The position numbers were made by a program, and so were the translations under genes. From Lama guanicoe (Eukaryota), in assembly GCA_013239625.1 (NCBI GenBank), contig MU053216.1, positions 1,328,943 to 1,392,942 on the forward strand: a DNA stretch of 64,000 bases. The letters run 5' to 3'. Positions 1 through 11,969 of the stretch are shown here, piece after piece. Numbering within the stretch: position 1 is the first letter of the stretch; each line of letters opens with the position of its first letter. Below the pieces are notes generated by a model. It ran no database searches. It saw only the letters and a program-made list of their open reading frames with translations, and was not told the DNA's origin.

Positions 1-553
1 CCCCACACCAACCAGGCCCCCCCACACCAGCCAGGCCCCCCCAACCCCTTGACAGTTGTCAGGTCCCTCTCAGCAGCACTGGGTGGGACTTCGGCATCCC
101 AGCCCTGGGATGTCCAGACCCCCGCCCTGTCCAGGGGCCAGGTGTCAGGAACCATGTGTGTGCAGAGCCAGCTCCTGGGCACAGTCCCAGCAGCTCCCAG
201 GGACAGTGGGCTTGGTGACCAGCAAGTCCTTGAGGAGCAGCTGGGAGAGACTAGCGCCCTAGGAGGGTGGGGGCAGGCACAGTGTTGCTCGGAGGGGGCA
301 GGGTGCCCCCCAGCTTGTGCGGTGAGGCAGCCGAAGCCTGGGACCGGGAGGCCCCGCCCCAGCCCCCCGTTAGCCAAGGGGTGCCCCCAGCTCCCAGGCC
401 AGTGCCCTCTCCCACTGTCCCTCTGGCCTCCCGTCTCCTCTCTCCGCTCCCCTTGCAGAGATAACCGCCCTCTGACCTCCCCGCACTGCTGCCGCCTCTG
501 CTCCCTCGTGTGTGTTCCCCTCCCCCCTAATCCAGCTAATTTTCTGCCCCCAG

Positions 554-592
554 GTCTGATGACAGCGACTCCTCTTTGTCGGAGGTCCTGAG
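554..592 (+). CDS. KIF21B: KIF21B 39-nt exon ([13 protein letters not shown])
   Basis: tttctgcccccag|GTCTGAT...CTGAG|gtacac; symmetric phase 2-2. Confidence 0.9.
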
Positions 593-3500
593 GTACACAC
601 CGAATGGCTCATCCTCTGTTTCCCCCCCCGCCCCCTGCACCCTGTCCTCAGCATGCAGCCCCCTCCTCTCGTGGCCCCACCTCGTCCCTGGTTCCTCCCT
701 CTCGGGGGTGCTGCGTGGCCTCTGACTGCACCAGGCTGGAGCTGGGGGCTTGAGGGGAGGCATGGCTGTGGGTCGTTTGCTGGGGGCTCCAGGGGGTGCT
801 CCGGAGCCTGGAGGCCGGGCCGGGCCGGGCTGAGCTCTGCCGAGGGGGGATCCACCAGTCCGCCGTGCTCGGCATCCTTGCTTTTGCTCAGCTGTGTCCG
901 TGGGCGCCTCCCAACCTGGGCTCTGAGTGAGGAGTGCCCCTGCCCACTTCTCCTGGCCTGTGGCCCTCTCCCCACAGCCCACTCCACGCAGCCCCCCAAC
1001 TCGAGGAGCACGTCCCAGCACCTAGGGGGCCTGAGCCCCTGCTGGGAAAGGGCCACCCTCCACTGAGGGCTCCCAGTGCTGCTCACCATTCCCTGGCCTG
1101 GGGTGAGGCTTCTGTGACCCTCCCACCGCAGCAAGCCTGCCACCCTCCTCCTCCCCGGCCTCTCCATCAGAGGAGGGTTTTCCTGTTAACATGCCATCTT
1201 CCCACAGCTGTCCTAGGTGCCTTCCCAGCCACATAGCTGGGCCCAAACAAGCATCGGAAGTGGGGGGCTGGGGTGGGGTGGGGCGGCATGGGGGGCCGTC
1301 CGTGTGTGTGCGATGCTGGGGGGCAGCTGGACCTCTCTGACCGCTGACCTCGGGGTGGGCCAGCTGAGTCTGGACGCGGGAGCTCTGGGAAGCCGCTGGC
1401 GGGACATCGGTCATTTCAGATGCTCTCGGCCACGGTGTCACCGTCAGGGTCAGCCCTCTCTTTGGAAAGAGCTAGGAAAGTAGGACATACTTTCAAGCCT
1501 GGACTTGCTCAGGCAGGGCCTTGTTCCCAAAGGCCTCCCTGAGAAACAGAGCCTCATCCTCAGGCCCTCCCGCTCAGGGGAAGCCTGCTTGCCACCCTGA
1601 GTGTCTGTGGGGAGGGGGGCCGCTCTGAGTCCTGTAGTCTCGTTTCTCAGAGGGGCCCAGATGTCTTCCCCAGAGCCGAGGAGGGGTCCCTGGGAGGACT
1701 TAGCCCTTTGTAACAGCAGTCACAGGCCTGACCGTGCTGGTCCCAAAAGGCCGTGGGGTGGGGTGCACACCTGCGTGTGCGGCTCTCTGCGGGGGCGTGG
1801 CAGCCTGAGCACCCTCTCTCCACGCCCCGCGCCTCCCCCTGGGGCAGCCGAGGCAGCAGAGGCGCCCCTTCCAGCTCGCGTCTCTGCCTGCCCTGCCGGG
1901 CCCTGGGAGCACGTGCGTCTCAGGTCTAGGTCGGGCCGGCCTCGAAGGGGACCTCCCTGAGGGTGGGGTCCACGTGCTCTGGTTCTGCCGGTGGTGCCTG
2001 GGGGGCTTGCTCCCAGAAGTGCTCAGCGTGGCGCCAGGAGGGCTGCTGGAGCACAGGCCCCTGCCCGCGCAGCCCTCAGGCCTTGAGGGCTGTGGCGGGG
2101 GTGCCTGGAGCCTCCTGCACCTGCCCTGTGCCCCTCTGCCTGGCCCTCCCCTGTGAGCCTGGCCGTAGTCCCCGGGCTGACGGGTGCCTCTCTCCCTCTC
2201 TCCTGGGAAGGGGCACCATCACCCCTGTCGGAGGAGCCAAGGGCGCGCGGACGGCCCCGCTGCAGTGCGTCTCCATGGCCGAGGGCCACAGCAAGCCCAT
2301 CCTCTGCCTGGACGCCACGGACGAGCTGCTCTTCACCGGGTCCAAAGGTGGGTGGAGCCCAGACCTGCCAGGTAGGGTCAGGGCCTCCCCCTTCCCTCCT
2401 GGTCCCTTCACCAGAGCGGGCTGCCCAGGAGATGTGAACACAGCTGCCCGGCTGGAGTGTGGGGGGTCGGCTGGCTCACTGCCTGCCAGGGCTCAGGGAT
2501 CCCCTCCACGGGTACCCTCAGAGCTGGCCGTAGGGGCTCCGTCCACCTCCTCCTTCCAGACCTGCCTCGGAAACTCCAGGGAGCTTGTCAGGTGCCGCCC
2601 CCTGTCTGCTCATCTCAGCCCCGAGTACCAGGCCCCCAGCACCCCCATGCCCCCCAGCACCGATGGCCACGCAGCACAAGTCTACAAAGCTACCGTTCCT
2701 TAGTCGCAGCAACAAAGTCAGAGAACGTCACCAGCAGACGCAGCAGCTGGGTGGTAGACATGCTGGCAGAGAAACAGGAAACGCTATCTACACCTGCGTG
2801 GCGGGAGGGAGACAGCTGTCAGTCTAGGTCAGATTGGTCGATTCCAAGTTTTCCCCCTGAAGTTTGCTCACCACCATTTGTTAACTTGGTCAGCTGTCAG
2901 CAGGCGGGGATTCTGCCCCGGCCCTGCCCCTCGGCCGTGCTCACAGAACTGAAGTCCTGCGTCTCTGTGCACACACTGCTCCACGGGAGCAGGCGCAAGC
3001 ATGTTTCTCTCCCCCACACCTGGAGCCCCTTCCTCTGGGCATCCCTGGATCACCTCTCCCAGCGTTGGTGGCCCCAGTGGGTGGAGGGACAGGCATGCCC
3101 GGCCCCCTGAGGTGACAGGACACTGGCCGTCTTGCAGACCGCAGCTGTAAGGTGTGGAACTTGGTCACCGGGCAGGAGATCGTTGCTCTGAAGGGCCACC
3201 CCAACAACGTGGTCTCCATCAAGTACTGCAGCCACTCTGGGCTCGTGTTCTCTGTGTCCACCTCCTACATCAAGGTGTGGGACATCCGGGACTCGGCCAA
3301 GTGCATCCGGACTCTCACGTAAGTTCCCCGGCCTGGCTCGCAGCGGCGGGCTGAGCGGAGCTTGCCCCCTGGTCCCACCCTCATGGGACCAGGAACCTGC
3401 AGGTGCAGCGTGGCTCCTGTCCATCTGTTGGGGAAGGCTTCTTGGCAGAAGCGGGCCATCAGTTCTATGTGGCTTTGCCAGGTGTCCTGGCCTCTGCTGA

Positions 3501-6500
3501 CGCCTTGACCTCTGACCTTGCGTCTCCCTCGCGGCAGGTCCTCAGGCCAGGTGGTCTCAGGCGATGCCTGTGCCGCGGCGTCCACGCGCAGCATCACCAG
3601 CGCCCAGGGCGAGCACCAGGTCAACCAGATCGCCCTCAGCCCCTCGGGCACCATGCTGTATGCCGCTTCGGGAAACGCCGTCCGCATCTGGGAGCTCAGC
3701 AGGTCTGGGAGGGGCCAGGGGAGGGACACAGGACTCGCGGGGGGGGGGGCGTGCCCCAGGGCTGGCAGGACCCAGGCTGCTCCTCCGAGCCCCCAGGATA
3801 CAGGCGGCTGGTGTCTGGGTCTCCGTCCTGCTCCAAGGGGGAGGGACCCTGGCTGGGTATTCACGCCACAGCAGACCCCCCCAGCCCCGCTCCGGGGTCC
3901 CCCAATCCACCTCCCCGCTTGGACCTCCCTGCCACAGGTTCCAGCCCATCGGCAAGCTGACTGGCCACATTGGCCCTGTGATGTGCCTGACGGTCACCCA
4001 GACCGCCAGCCAGCATGACCTGGTAGTGACCGGCTCCAAGGACCACTATGTTAAGGTACCGAGAAGACCTTGACCTCAAGGCCCGGCAGGGCTGGGGGTC
4101 CATTCTCACAGTTCTCGCTCTCTCCCCACCTCATCCCTCCCCCTCCGTTGCCTTGGGAGCAGTCGTGACAAATAATGAGACTTCTGGGAATTTATGCTAA
4201 AAAGTTACTCCCAAGGAGCAGGAAGGTGTGCGCAGAAAGCTGAGATTTCAGCGGTGTTTTGTAAATGGCGGAAAGGGGAACGAACCCAAATGTCTAAGGC
4301 CAGAGTGACAGTCGAGTAAATGAGGGAAAACCCACAGAACAGGTTGCAGTGCGACTCACTGCGTGACAGACGTCGCAAAACCCACAGGGCACAGGCAGCC
4401 CTGATCCTCTTTCTTCCTGATCGTGTCGTTAGAAACGCGCGTTCAGGGTCAGAAGCTGGGAAGGAGCAGATAAAAAAGGAAAGAGAGGATGGTGGGATTA
4501 CGATGAATGCTTTTGTTTAAAGTGCAGGCAGTGTCATATTTGTTTATTGTAAAATTTTCTGTTTTAGTGGAAGGCCTGGGGACTGAAGCCAGGACCGCGT
4601 GCCTGCTAAGCGCGCGCTCCACCACCAAGCTCTCCCCTCCCCCATGAAGTAAAAAAATTTGGCAGGAGGCTCTTACTCCAAGCCCTCCCTTGTCCACCGC
4701 AGCCCTGTGTTGCCTGCGGGTCTCCCCTGTGCTAACCTCAGTCAGTCTTCCCGCCTCCCCAGGCGGCCCCCTCCCTCCACCTGGTGTGCGGCCCTGGGGA
4801 CTGGCCACGCGCAGGACCCAGGGTGGGTGAGCGGCCTGGCGGGCCCTCCCCGGACTCCTCCTCCCGCCCTCCCTCCGCAGATGTTCGAGCTGGGCGAGTG
4901 CGTGTCGGGCACTGTGGGCCCCACGCACAACTTTGAGCCCCCGCACTACGACGGCATCGAGTGTCTGGCCATCCAGGGGGACGTCCTGTTCAGCGGCTCC
5001 CGAGACAATGGCATCAAGAAGTGGGACCTGGAACAGCAGGAGCTCGTGCAGGTGTGGGGGTGGGGGGAGGCGGCCCTCAGGCAGGGCCTGGGACCCTGCG
5101 TCCTGGGCCAGAGCCCCCCAAGCTGGTCTGTTCTGCATCCTCTTTCCCTCTGGGTTCACCCCGCTGGCCGGCAGGCTCTCCTGACTCCACCTTCACACAG
5201 CGGCTCTCAGAAAGGGTCTGACTGTGGAGCCCAGCTGACCCCAAGGAGGGCCGAAGGCTTCTCCTCAGGTGCAGGGTCTCAGGTCCGAGCCTGGGAGAGG
5301 GGTGCAAGGACCCGTCTCTGGGCCCTGTGGCCCCTGTGCAGCTCAGTGTGGCCTGCCTGCCGGGGGCTCCCCCACTCCCCGCCCTCACGGCTGGCTCCCC
5401 CACAGCAAATTCCCACCGCGCACAAGGACTGGGTGTGCGCCCTGGCCTTCGTCCCGGGCCGCCCCATGCTGCTGAGTGCCTGCCGCGCGGGCGTCATCAA
5501 GGTGTGGAACGTGGACAACTTCACACCCATCGGCGAGATCAAGGGCCACGACAGCCCCATCAACGCCATCTGCACCAACGCCCGGCACGTCTTCACCGCC
5601 TCCAGGTGGGTGCTGGGTGGGCACAGGGCTCTGCTCTGGTGCCCCCACCCCCCAGCCTGGGCAGGGCCCCCCAGGCCCAGGCGACGGAGCCCACCCCTCC
5701 CCAGGCGCCCCCGGCCTGCCCTCCAGCCTTCCCGGAGCGCCCACCGGGCGTGGGGGCAGGGGCGGTGCTGGGCCCCAGGCCGGGACCGACCCCCCACCCC
5801 CCACCTCATCTCACCCAGCAGTCCTGACCCCTGACCAGGAGTCTCAGACCGCAGAGCAGTCCTGCCACCCCAGGCGCCCTGCCTCCAGCCCCAGCTCTGG
5901 GCCCGTCCATGGGTGCCCAGGCCCTCTGTCCCTTGGGCAGCTGCTCAGGGGGTCTCTTCTTTTTCCTTCTTGTCCCCACTGTGTCCCTTCTCTCCACCCC
6001 CTCCCTCCGCCTCTCTCCCCCACAGTGACTGCCGGGTAAAGCTGTGGAATTACGTCCCTGGACTCACCCCCTGCCTTCCTCCCAGAGTCCTGGCCATAAA
6101 GGGCATTTCAGCCTCCCCCTCTCCTTTCCCCTCTTTCTCCACTTCTCTCTGAGCTGCTTCTTCACGGTACGAGATTGTTTTACTCCCCTTCCCTTCTCTC
6201 CCTCCACATCCTGCCTGCTCCCCCCACCCCCCAGAGGTTGCCCTGCCTGGCCCTCTTCCTTCTGAGCATGAATGGGGGACAGACCCCCCCAGGAGAGGGG
6301 TGCCCGGGGCAGAGGGCAGAGGGGCAGCATTCAGGCCTGGACAGGACAAAACAAAGTAGCAACAGCAGAGAAAACCCACGATGAGAATCCTACGGGGCCT
6401 GGATGACAGGCCCGCCCACTGCCTCGCACCCCTCCACCCTCAGCCACCCCGGCCCTGAGCATCGCTTGCCCCAGCCCAGCGCTGCCTAGCGAGTGGGAGA

Positions 6501-6631
6501 CCCAGGCCCGCCTTCACGGGTGGGCGCCAGCCGGGCCCACTTCAGGAGCTGACCAGTCCTCTCTTGCTCACCCCAGTGACCTGACGGTGAAGTTCTGGAC
6601 TGCCCGGCGCTTACCCAGTGGCACCCGCTAG
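554..6631 (+). CDS. KIF21B: KIF21B kinesin-4 motor, 3' coding portion (WD40 tail); the gene starts upstream of the window
   Basis: Phase-compatible exons 554-592, 2211-2347, 3138-3318, 3538-3702, 3938-4055, 4881-5051, 5406-5605, then 6026-6152 or 6577-6631. Translation has GH...WD repeats ([59 protein letters not shown]) matching KIF21B as recalled. Confidence 0.97.
2211..2347 (+). CDS. KIF21B: KIF21B exon ([45 protein letters not shown])
   Basis: aag| acceptor after a pyrimidine tract, |gtgggt donor; first WD40 repeat. Confidence 0.95.
3138..3318 (+). CDS. KIF21B: KIF21B exon ([14 protein letters not shown]...[14 protein letters not shown])
   Basis: ttgcag| and |gtaagt; WD40. Confidence 0.96.
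3538..3702 (+). CDS. KIF21B: KIF21B exon ([11 protein letters not shown]...NAVRIWELS)
   Basis: ggcag| and |gtctgg; in frame with neighbours. Confidence 0.95.
3938..4055 (+). CDS. KIF21B: KIF21B exon ([17 protein letters not shown]...GSKDHYVK)
   Basis: cacag| and |gtaccg; WD40. Confidence 0.96.
4881..5051 (+). CDS. KIF21B: KIF21B exon ([10 protein letters not shown]...[12 protein letters not shown])
   Basis: ccgcag| and |gtgtgg; WD40. Confidence 0.96.
5406..5605 (+). CDS. KIF21B: KIF21B exon ([15 protein letters not shown]...HVFTAS)
   Basis: cacag| and |gtgggt; WD40. Confidence 0.96.
6026..6152 (+). CDS. KIF21B: KIF21B proximal alternative last coding exon ([41 protein letters not shown])
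   Basis: Long pyrimidine tract then cacag|T GAC TGC; TGA at 6150-6152. Confidence 0.88.
6577..6631 (+). CDS. KIF21B: KIF21B distal alternative last coding exon ([17 protein letters not shown])
   Basis: ctcttgctcaccccag|T GAC CTG ACG GTG AAG TTC TGG; TAG at 6629-6631; same phase as the proximal exon. Confidence 0.88.
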
Positions 6632-9600
6632 GAGTGAGGCCAGAGGGCCACCCGGCCCTCCGCCCAGCAGCCTGGACCCCGCGGAGAGGAAGCTGGGGCC
6701 AGAGGCCCCTCTGCTGCTCCCCGGCCTCTCCCCAGCCTCCTCACAGGGTACTGTCCACCCCCTCCTTGGGGACAGGGAGGTCGGGAGGAAATTAAGCTGT
6801 GAAGCCAAAGGGCGTTTCCCGTAGTCTCTCTCCTCTCCACCCCTGGCCTCGGTTTTCTCTTGCCGAGCTGGCCAATGCCCTTCCTCCAGCCTTTGGCCCA
6901 GGGCAGGGCCTGTAGGGGAGGTGAGGCAGCCCCCCCACCGTGTTCCTCAGACGAGCAGGCCTCCCCTGCCTCCTCTGGTCCAGCCACTGCACCTGCCTCT
7001 GAGCCCAAAAAGATAGCCCTCAGGTAACCGTGGAAACCAGGCGTCGGCAGCTGGGCGTGCAGCTGGCCTTCAGCCCCTCGGCCACCGGTAGCCGCTCCCC
7101 GAGGACCCCAGCGCTGCATGGGCTCCTTTCTGATTGGACCACAGTGGAGCTGCTGTAGAGCCTCCTTTGGGGAGATGAGCAGGATACTTCAATGGTTTAC
7201 CTTATTTATTTTTACTTCTGCTGTTGCCTCCTGGAAACTGACTTGAAGTTTCTTCCCACATCTTCTTTCCCTCCTCTCCTGGGGGCCAGGAGTCCCCAAG
7301 GGGGTCCTACTCCCGCCCTCCAGGGCTGCCCCTCCATTTGCTCTGCTCTGCAGCCCGGGCCTGCCCCCCGCCTTGCCCTGGAGACCACTTGAGTGCCCCG
7401 ACTCTGGCCGCCTGCCACGTCAGTGCCTTCCTCCGTCCGGGGCTGGCACCCTTCCTGGGCAGCCTTACACCAGCCATGCCCGCAGCGCCACATGTGTCTT
7501 CTCACCACGGGGTCTCCTGCCCATGGCCCCCGCATCCCAGACCCGGGGCCCCACTGCCAGAGCCCTGCGTGGGCCACGTAGGAAGCAGCTCAGAGGCCCG
7601 TCCACCAGGACGTGGCTTGGATGGTGCACCCGGCCCCGCCCCTCCCCAGCCCCCTGCATCTCGCCCCAACCAGGCAGAGCCCCTAGCTTCTTTCTCTGGT
7701 TTCTCCGGAGATGCTTTTTCAAGCCTTAACCGGCACAGGGAAGGGGGCTCTCCCTTTAGATCAGCGGAGGGAGGGACTTCACTGAGTTTCTTTGGGACTG
7801 TGAACTCCCAGCTCCAGAGACATTGTTAAGTCCGCCTTCCAGCGGCAGGCGGGCCCGGGAGGGAGCACGCTGGGCCCGCCCCTCCCCCGCCCTGACCTGT
7901 CCGCCTGCTTTTCCGATGGTTAACTGGCCTTGTGCTTCCCGGCCTTTCTGGGCGCCGGGAGCCACGGCTCTGTTTAGAGGACACGGTGACCTGGGTCTTC
8001 CGGAGGTGGCCCTGGGCTCTGCCCTCGGTGCCCCTCCCTCCGCGGCACCTGGCACACAGGGCAGAGGAGGGAGGAGTACGGCCTGTCCCCCTGACCAGAG
8101 CTGCCCCTCAGGCTAAGGAAGTCGTCCTGCTGTGAGGGGCCCCTGCTGGATGTGGGGGCGAAGTCTGAGCGAGCCGTTGTGCTGCAGGAATGTGCCTGGA
8201 GCTTGGGACAGTCTACCTTTGGGACTGGAGGTCCCTCCTACTTGACCATCCTGGGGCCTGCTCAGAAAAGAGTGTGAGCCTCCCTCATCCCTCTCCCTCT
8301 CCGCCCCCATGGGAAGCTTCAGTCTTGCAACCTGTAGGAAAGAATTGTCTGCATGACTGTTTACAAACTGTAGAAACACAAAAGACTGGCTGCCCAGCCT
8401 GGGGCGACCGGATCGGCTGGACCGCAGCTGCAGGGTCTGTTGCAGCCCGAGAGGTGCCCGGCATCCTTGCCCGCTTTCTGCTGTTTCTGCTGGGCCAGCT
8501 ACCTCACGGTGGGGCCAGCTCTGCTGTCCGGGAGAAGCACTGACTCTGAACTTGAAGCCTTGGGAGCCACCCCAGCTGTGCTGCAGAGCGCTGAGGTCTG
8601 CCCGCTCCCTCAGGGACGTCGGGGATCGTGGCTGGGGGCAGGCCCCCGCACCCCTCTCTGCACAAGCACCCTAAGGTCAGAAGCACAAAATGGTGGTGAC
8701 TTGAGCACAATGCAGGGCTGGCGGCAGGCCGCCTGGGCAAGCCAGCCCAGGAGGCGCCCCCCAGACAGGCTCTGTCCTACGTAGACTGAGGGTGCCCACG
8801 CCGGGCTGCCCTGCTCAGACGGGGCTCGGCCCGAGGCCTGTCCTCCCCGAAGGCTGGCCCTGCAGGCAGGCTGCGCAGGCGGGCAGGGGGCCCAGGAGTG
8901 CTGCCCTCTTACCCCCGCAGGCCCAGGTCTCTACCCGAGCCCAGGCGCATCCCAGCCCCGGGAGCCTAGCGAGCCTGCACCCACACCCCGGCTCCCGGGT
9001 TGAGCCCCGTGCAAGCGCTGAGGTGTCCTCCATCCCCACTGCCTGCGTCCTCTCGGCACGGCCCTGTGCCAACCTCTGTCCTCAGTGTTAACCAGGTCAG
9101 TGTTTTCATCCCTCTTGGGGCCTGACCCCTCGAAGGCAGCCCGTGGAGTTGACCCGGGAGCGTGCCGAGGAGGGAGAGAGGCGGAGAGGCAGAGGCCAGC
9201 ACACCCGCGCCTTTGAGGTGGTCAGAGTGCCACTTCTCCCTCGGGAGGGGACAGCTGTGGATCTGGGAGGGGCTCCCTGCCCACCCACCGTGGCCACGGT
9301 GTAGCTTAGGAAGTCTTCCGCCCTCGGTTGTCCAGTCCCGCTGCAGTTTAAAGCACAAACCACCGTAGGGAAGACTGTCCCCGGGACCTTCTCCCACCGC
9401 CCAGTTCGGTGGAGTTGCAGATTCCTGCCCTCTCCCGTGGCAAGGCCCGTGTTCCCGGGGTGCCCGAAGCCGTCTGGGCTGGATGCGGGCTCACCCCTGG
9501 TCGTCCAGCCACGGCCTGTGCCCAGTGTGCTCACCGGCTTGCTGTAGGCAGGGCCGGCCTGCAAGAACCCTGAGCTCCTTTCTGCCGAGCGGCTGAAGCC

Positions 9601-10152
9601 CAGTGTCTGCCTCTTTGCCACCCAGCCAGGAAACTGCATGCTGCTCCCAGCTTGGCGAGGCCTCCTGCTGTGGGCTCAGGAGCTAGGGCATGGCCAGTGC
9701 CCCCTACAGCCCTCTTCTCCTGGCCCCCAGACCCTTCCCGGCCCTCTGATGTGCAAGGATAGAGTTATAGGGAAAGTTCTGTTTTCCCTAAGGCATCTTT
9801 GTGCTGTTCCCCCACTTCAGTGCTCAGATGAGCTCCCAGTCCCCCACCACACCCCAGTCCAGCCCTTTGAACTGCTGTCCCAAGGGCCTTGCAGGGCCTT
9901 GTGTGAAGAGCCAAGGGTCAGAGAGGAACCCTGACGGGAAGCCCTGCCCTGCCCACCAGCTCTTTTCTAGCTGTCTCCTGCCCAGGCGCAGGCTTCGTCT
10001 GGCTCACGCCCCTGCTCTGGGTGGGTCGCACAGGTGTACAGATATTTTGTACCTCCGCCGATGATTGTACATAGTGTAGGAACGTTATTTAAGCCTCATG
10101 CTGTACACTTCTGTTCCCAGACTGGATGTGTGTGTTCTGAGAAACTGTCATA

Positions 10153-10158
10153 AATAAA
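10153..10158 (+). terminator. KIF21B: KIF21B poly(A) signal AATAAA
   Basis: AATAAA preceded by several TGTA elements (10035-10105) and followed by GT-rich sequence; implies a 3' UTR of about 3.5 kb. Confidence 0.8.
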
Positions 10159-10789
10159 ACATGAATGACCACTGTCTATGGTGTGACTCTGAGACCTTGG
10201 GCTGGTGGCCCTTCCCTGGGCGGGGGCCAGTGGCAGGCGGGGCAGGCTCGGAGGTCCCTCACTGAGGAAGTGTGTCGAGGGAGCTGCGATCCCTCTGGCC
10301 TCGTGTCACCTCCCGGGACAGGTGTGGAGCTGGAGGCATGGCACCAGTGTTTCCTGGTCACCTGCTCCATCCCAGACATGGTTCCAGGCATCGCTCTTTG
10401 GGTTTTCACTACCTGTGTGGCAGGTGGGTTTGCACTTTCTGAAATGAGGAAAGTCTCAGCGAGGGAGCCCCTAACTCAGCTAAGCGCGGAGTTAAGATCG
10501 GCTCCCAGGCCAGCCCGACCGAACCCGCACCATTCCTGTCACGAGCATGGCAGTGCCTGCTCGCAGGTGGGTGGGCGCCGTGCAGGGTGCACACCAGACA
10601 CGGGGTCCCTCCCTCGCCACTTAGGGGGAGGAGACACAGACAGGATGGTCACACAAAGAAACCGCTCCAATGCGGGCGCCATGTTTGTTTCCAGATCAGT
10701 GCTTCCCAGTCTTAAAACCTCACACTCCCCTCCTCCCCAGTGCCCTGAAAATCTCTCTGTTCTATTAACCCTGCTATTTAAAAAATGTT

Positions 10790-10938
10790 TTTCTTTGTTT
10801 TTGTTTGGTTTTGGGGGTTTTGGGGGGATGTAATTAGGTTTATTTATTTACTTTTAAATTTAACTGGAGGTACTGGGGATCAAACCCATGACCTCCTGCA
10901 TTTTAAGCATGCGCTCTACAACTGAGCTGTACCCTCCC
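10790..10938 (-). mobile_element. tRNA-derived SINE (camelid Vic-1-like)
   Basis: Reverse strand reads GGGAGGGTACAGCTCAGTTGTAGAGCGCATGCTTAAAATGCAGGAGGTCATGGGTTTGATCCCCAGTACCTCC (A/B boxes) followed by an AT-rich/A tail. Confidence 0.85.
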
Positions 10939-11969
10939 ATAACCCCACTATTTTAACATAAAAATATCTTGAAGTCTATGAGATGCTGAGCAGCCCTGCA
11001 AGGAGCTCCTCACCCGGGAGACACAGAGCTGTTCCTATAAAGTGAAGCCGGAGCGAGCCTCGTGCCTGGAACTCACTGCACTCCATTGTCGCCCTGTTCT
11101 TCAGGAACCAGTGACGCTCATGTAAGTAACTCAGGATCCTGCTTGAGCATCCCCCGTGTTCCCAAGGCCCTCGTGGTGCCGCTGGCCCCACATGAGCTCT
11201 GCATGCGATGACCCTCCAGGCTCAGATCTTAAGAAACCACTTTTCACAACAGTCTTACTGAGATGCAATTTCCATGCATCAGACTCACCCGCCTTTGTTT
11301 CTAGGTGATGATTTCATATTGGTATTTTCTGTGTTCCCTCCCAGGGCCTATGACCACAGACTCTAAACAGACATTTAGGGAGCCACCACGTGCGTGGGTG
11401 AAGCCAAGGAAGACCAGCGACCTTGGGGCGTGGTGTTACGAGATGTCACCAAACATCTGAGCTACCTGCCCCTTTCGATAACCACGCACCACTGCACCAA
11501 CTCCCTTGGGCACGGAGGCCTCCGCCCCCACCCTGGCCAATCTGGAAGCTTCACTCTCTGATTCGTATTGTGACAACTGCAGGGTCTCTCTTGGCTTGGT
11601 CCTCAAATACAAAGCCGCTGCATGGTCAGCTCCTGGGTCCTGCTGCTCGCCTAGACCCACGGTTGATGCAGCCAGCACGGCCGGAGTCTGCAGGAGGCAG
11701 AAGTCATCGTGGTCCAGAGAGAGGCCTCCCAAGAGGCTTCTGGGCCTTGGCAAGCTGGGGGCCTGAGCCAGTGAGGGAGACGCGGGCGGGCAGAGCCCCG
11801 CAGCCCCAGCCCTCTCTGGCCTGGGAGCCTCCCTGCCTGGGAAGCAGGTCTGGCTCTGAAGCAGGCTGTTTTGGCCAGCTGACTGAGCCCCGCCCCACCG
11901 CTCTCCCGCCCTACCCTCCCACGGGTCTCACCCAACCCTGGCTCCCCAAAGGCCATCTCGCACAAAGGA

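Noticed and set aside
1..45. About 20-bp duplicated unit CCCCACACCARCCAGGCCCC
   Set aside because: Truncated intronic repeat at the window edge with no interpretable function.
4659..5834. 391-aa ORF as a single-exon gene
   Set aside because: Two KIF21B exons joined through a stop-free GC-rich intron.
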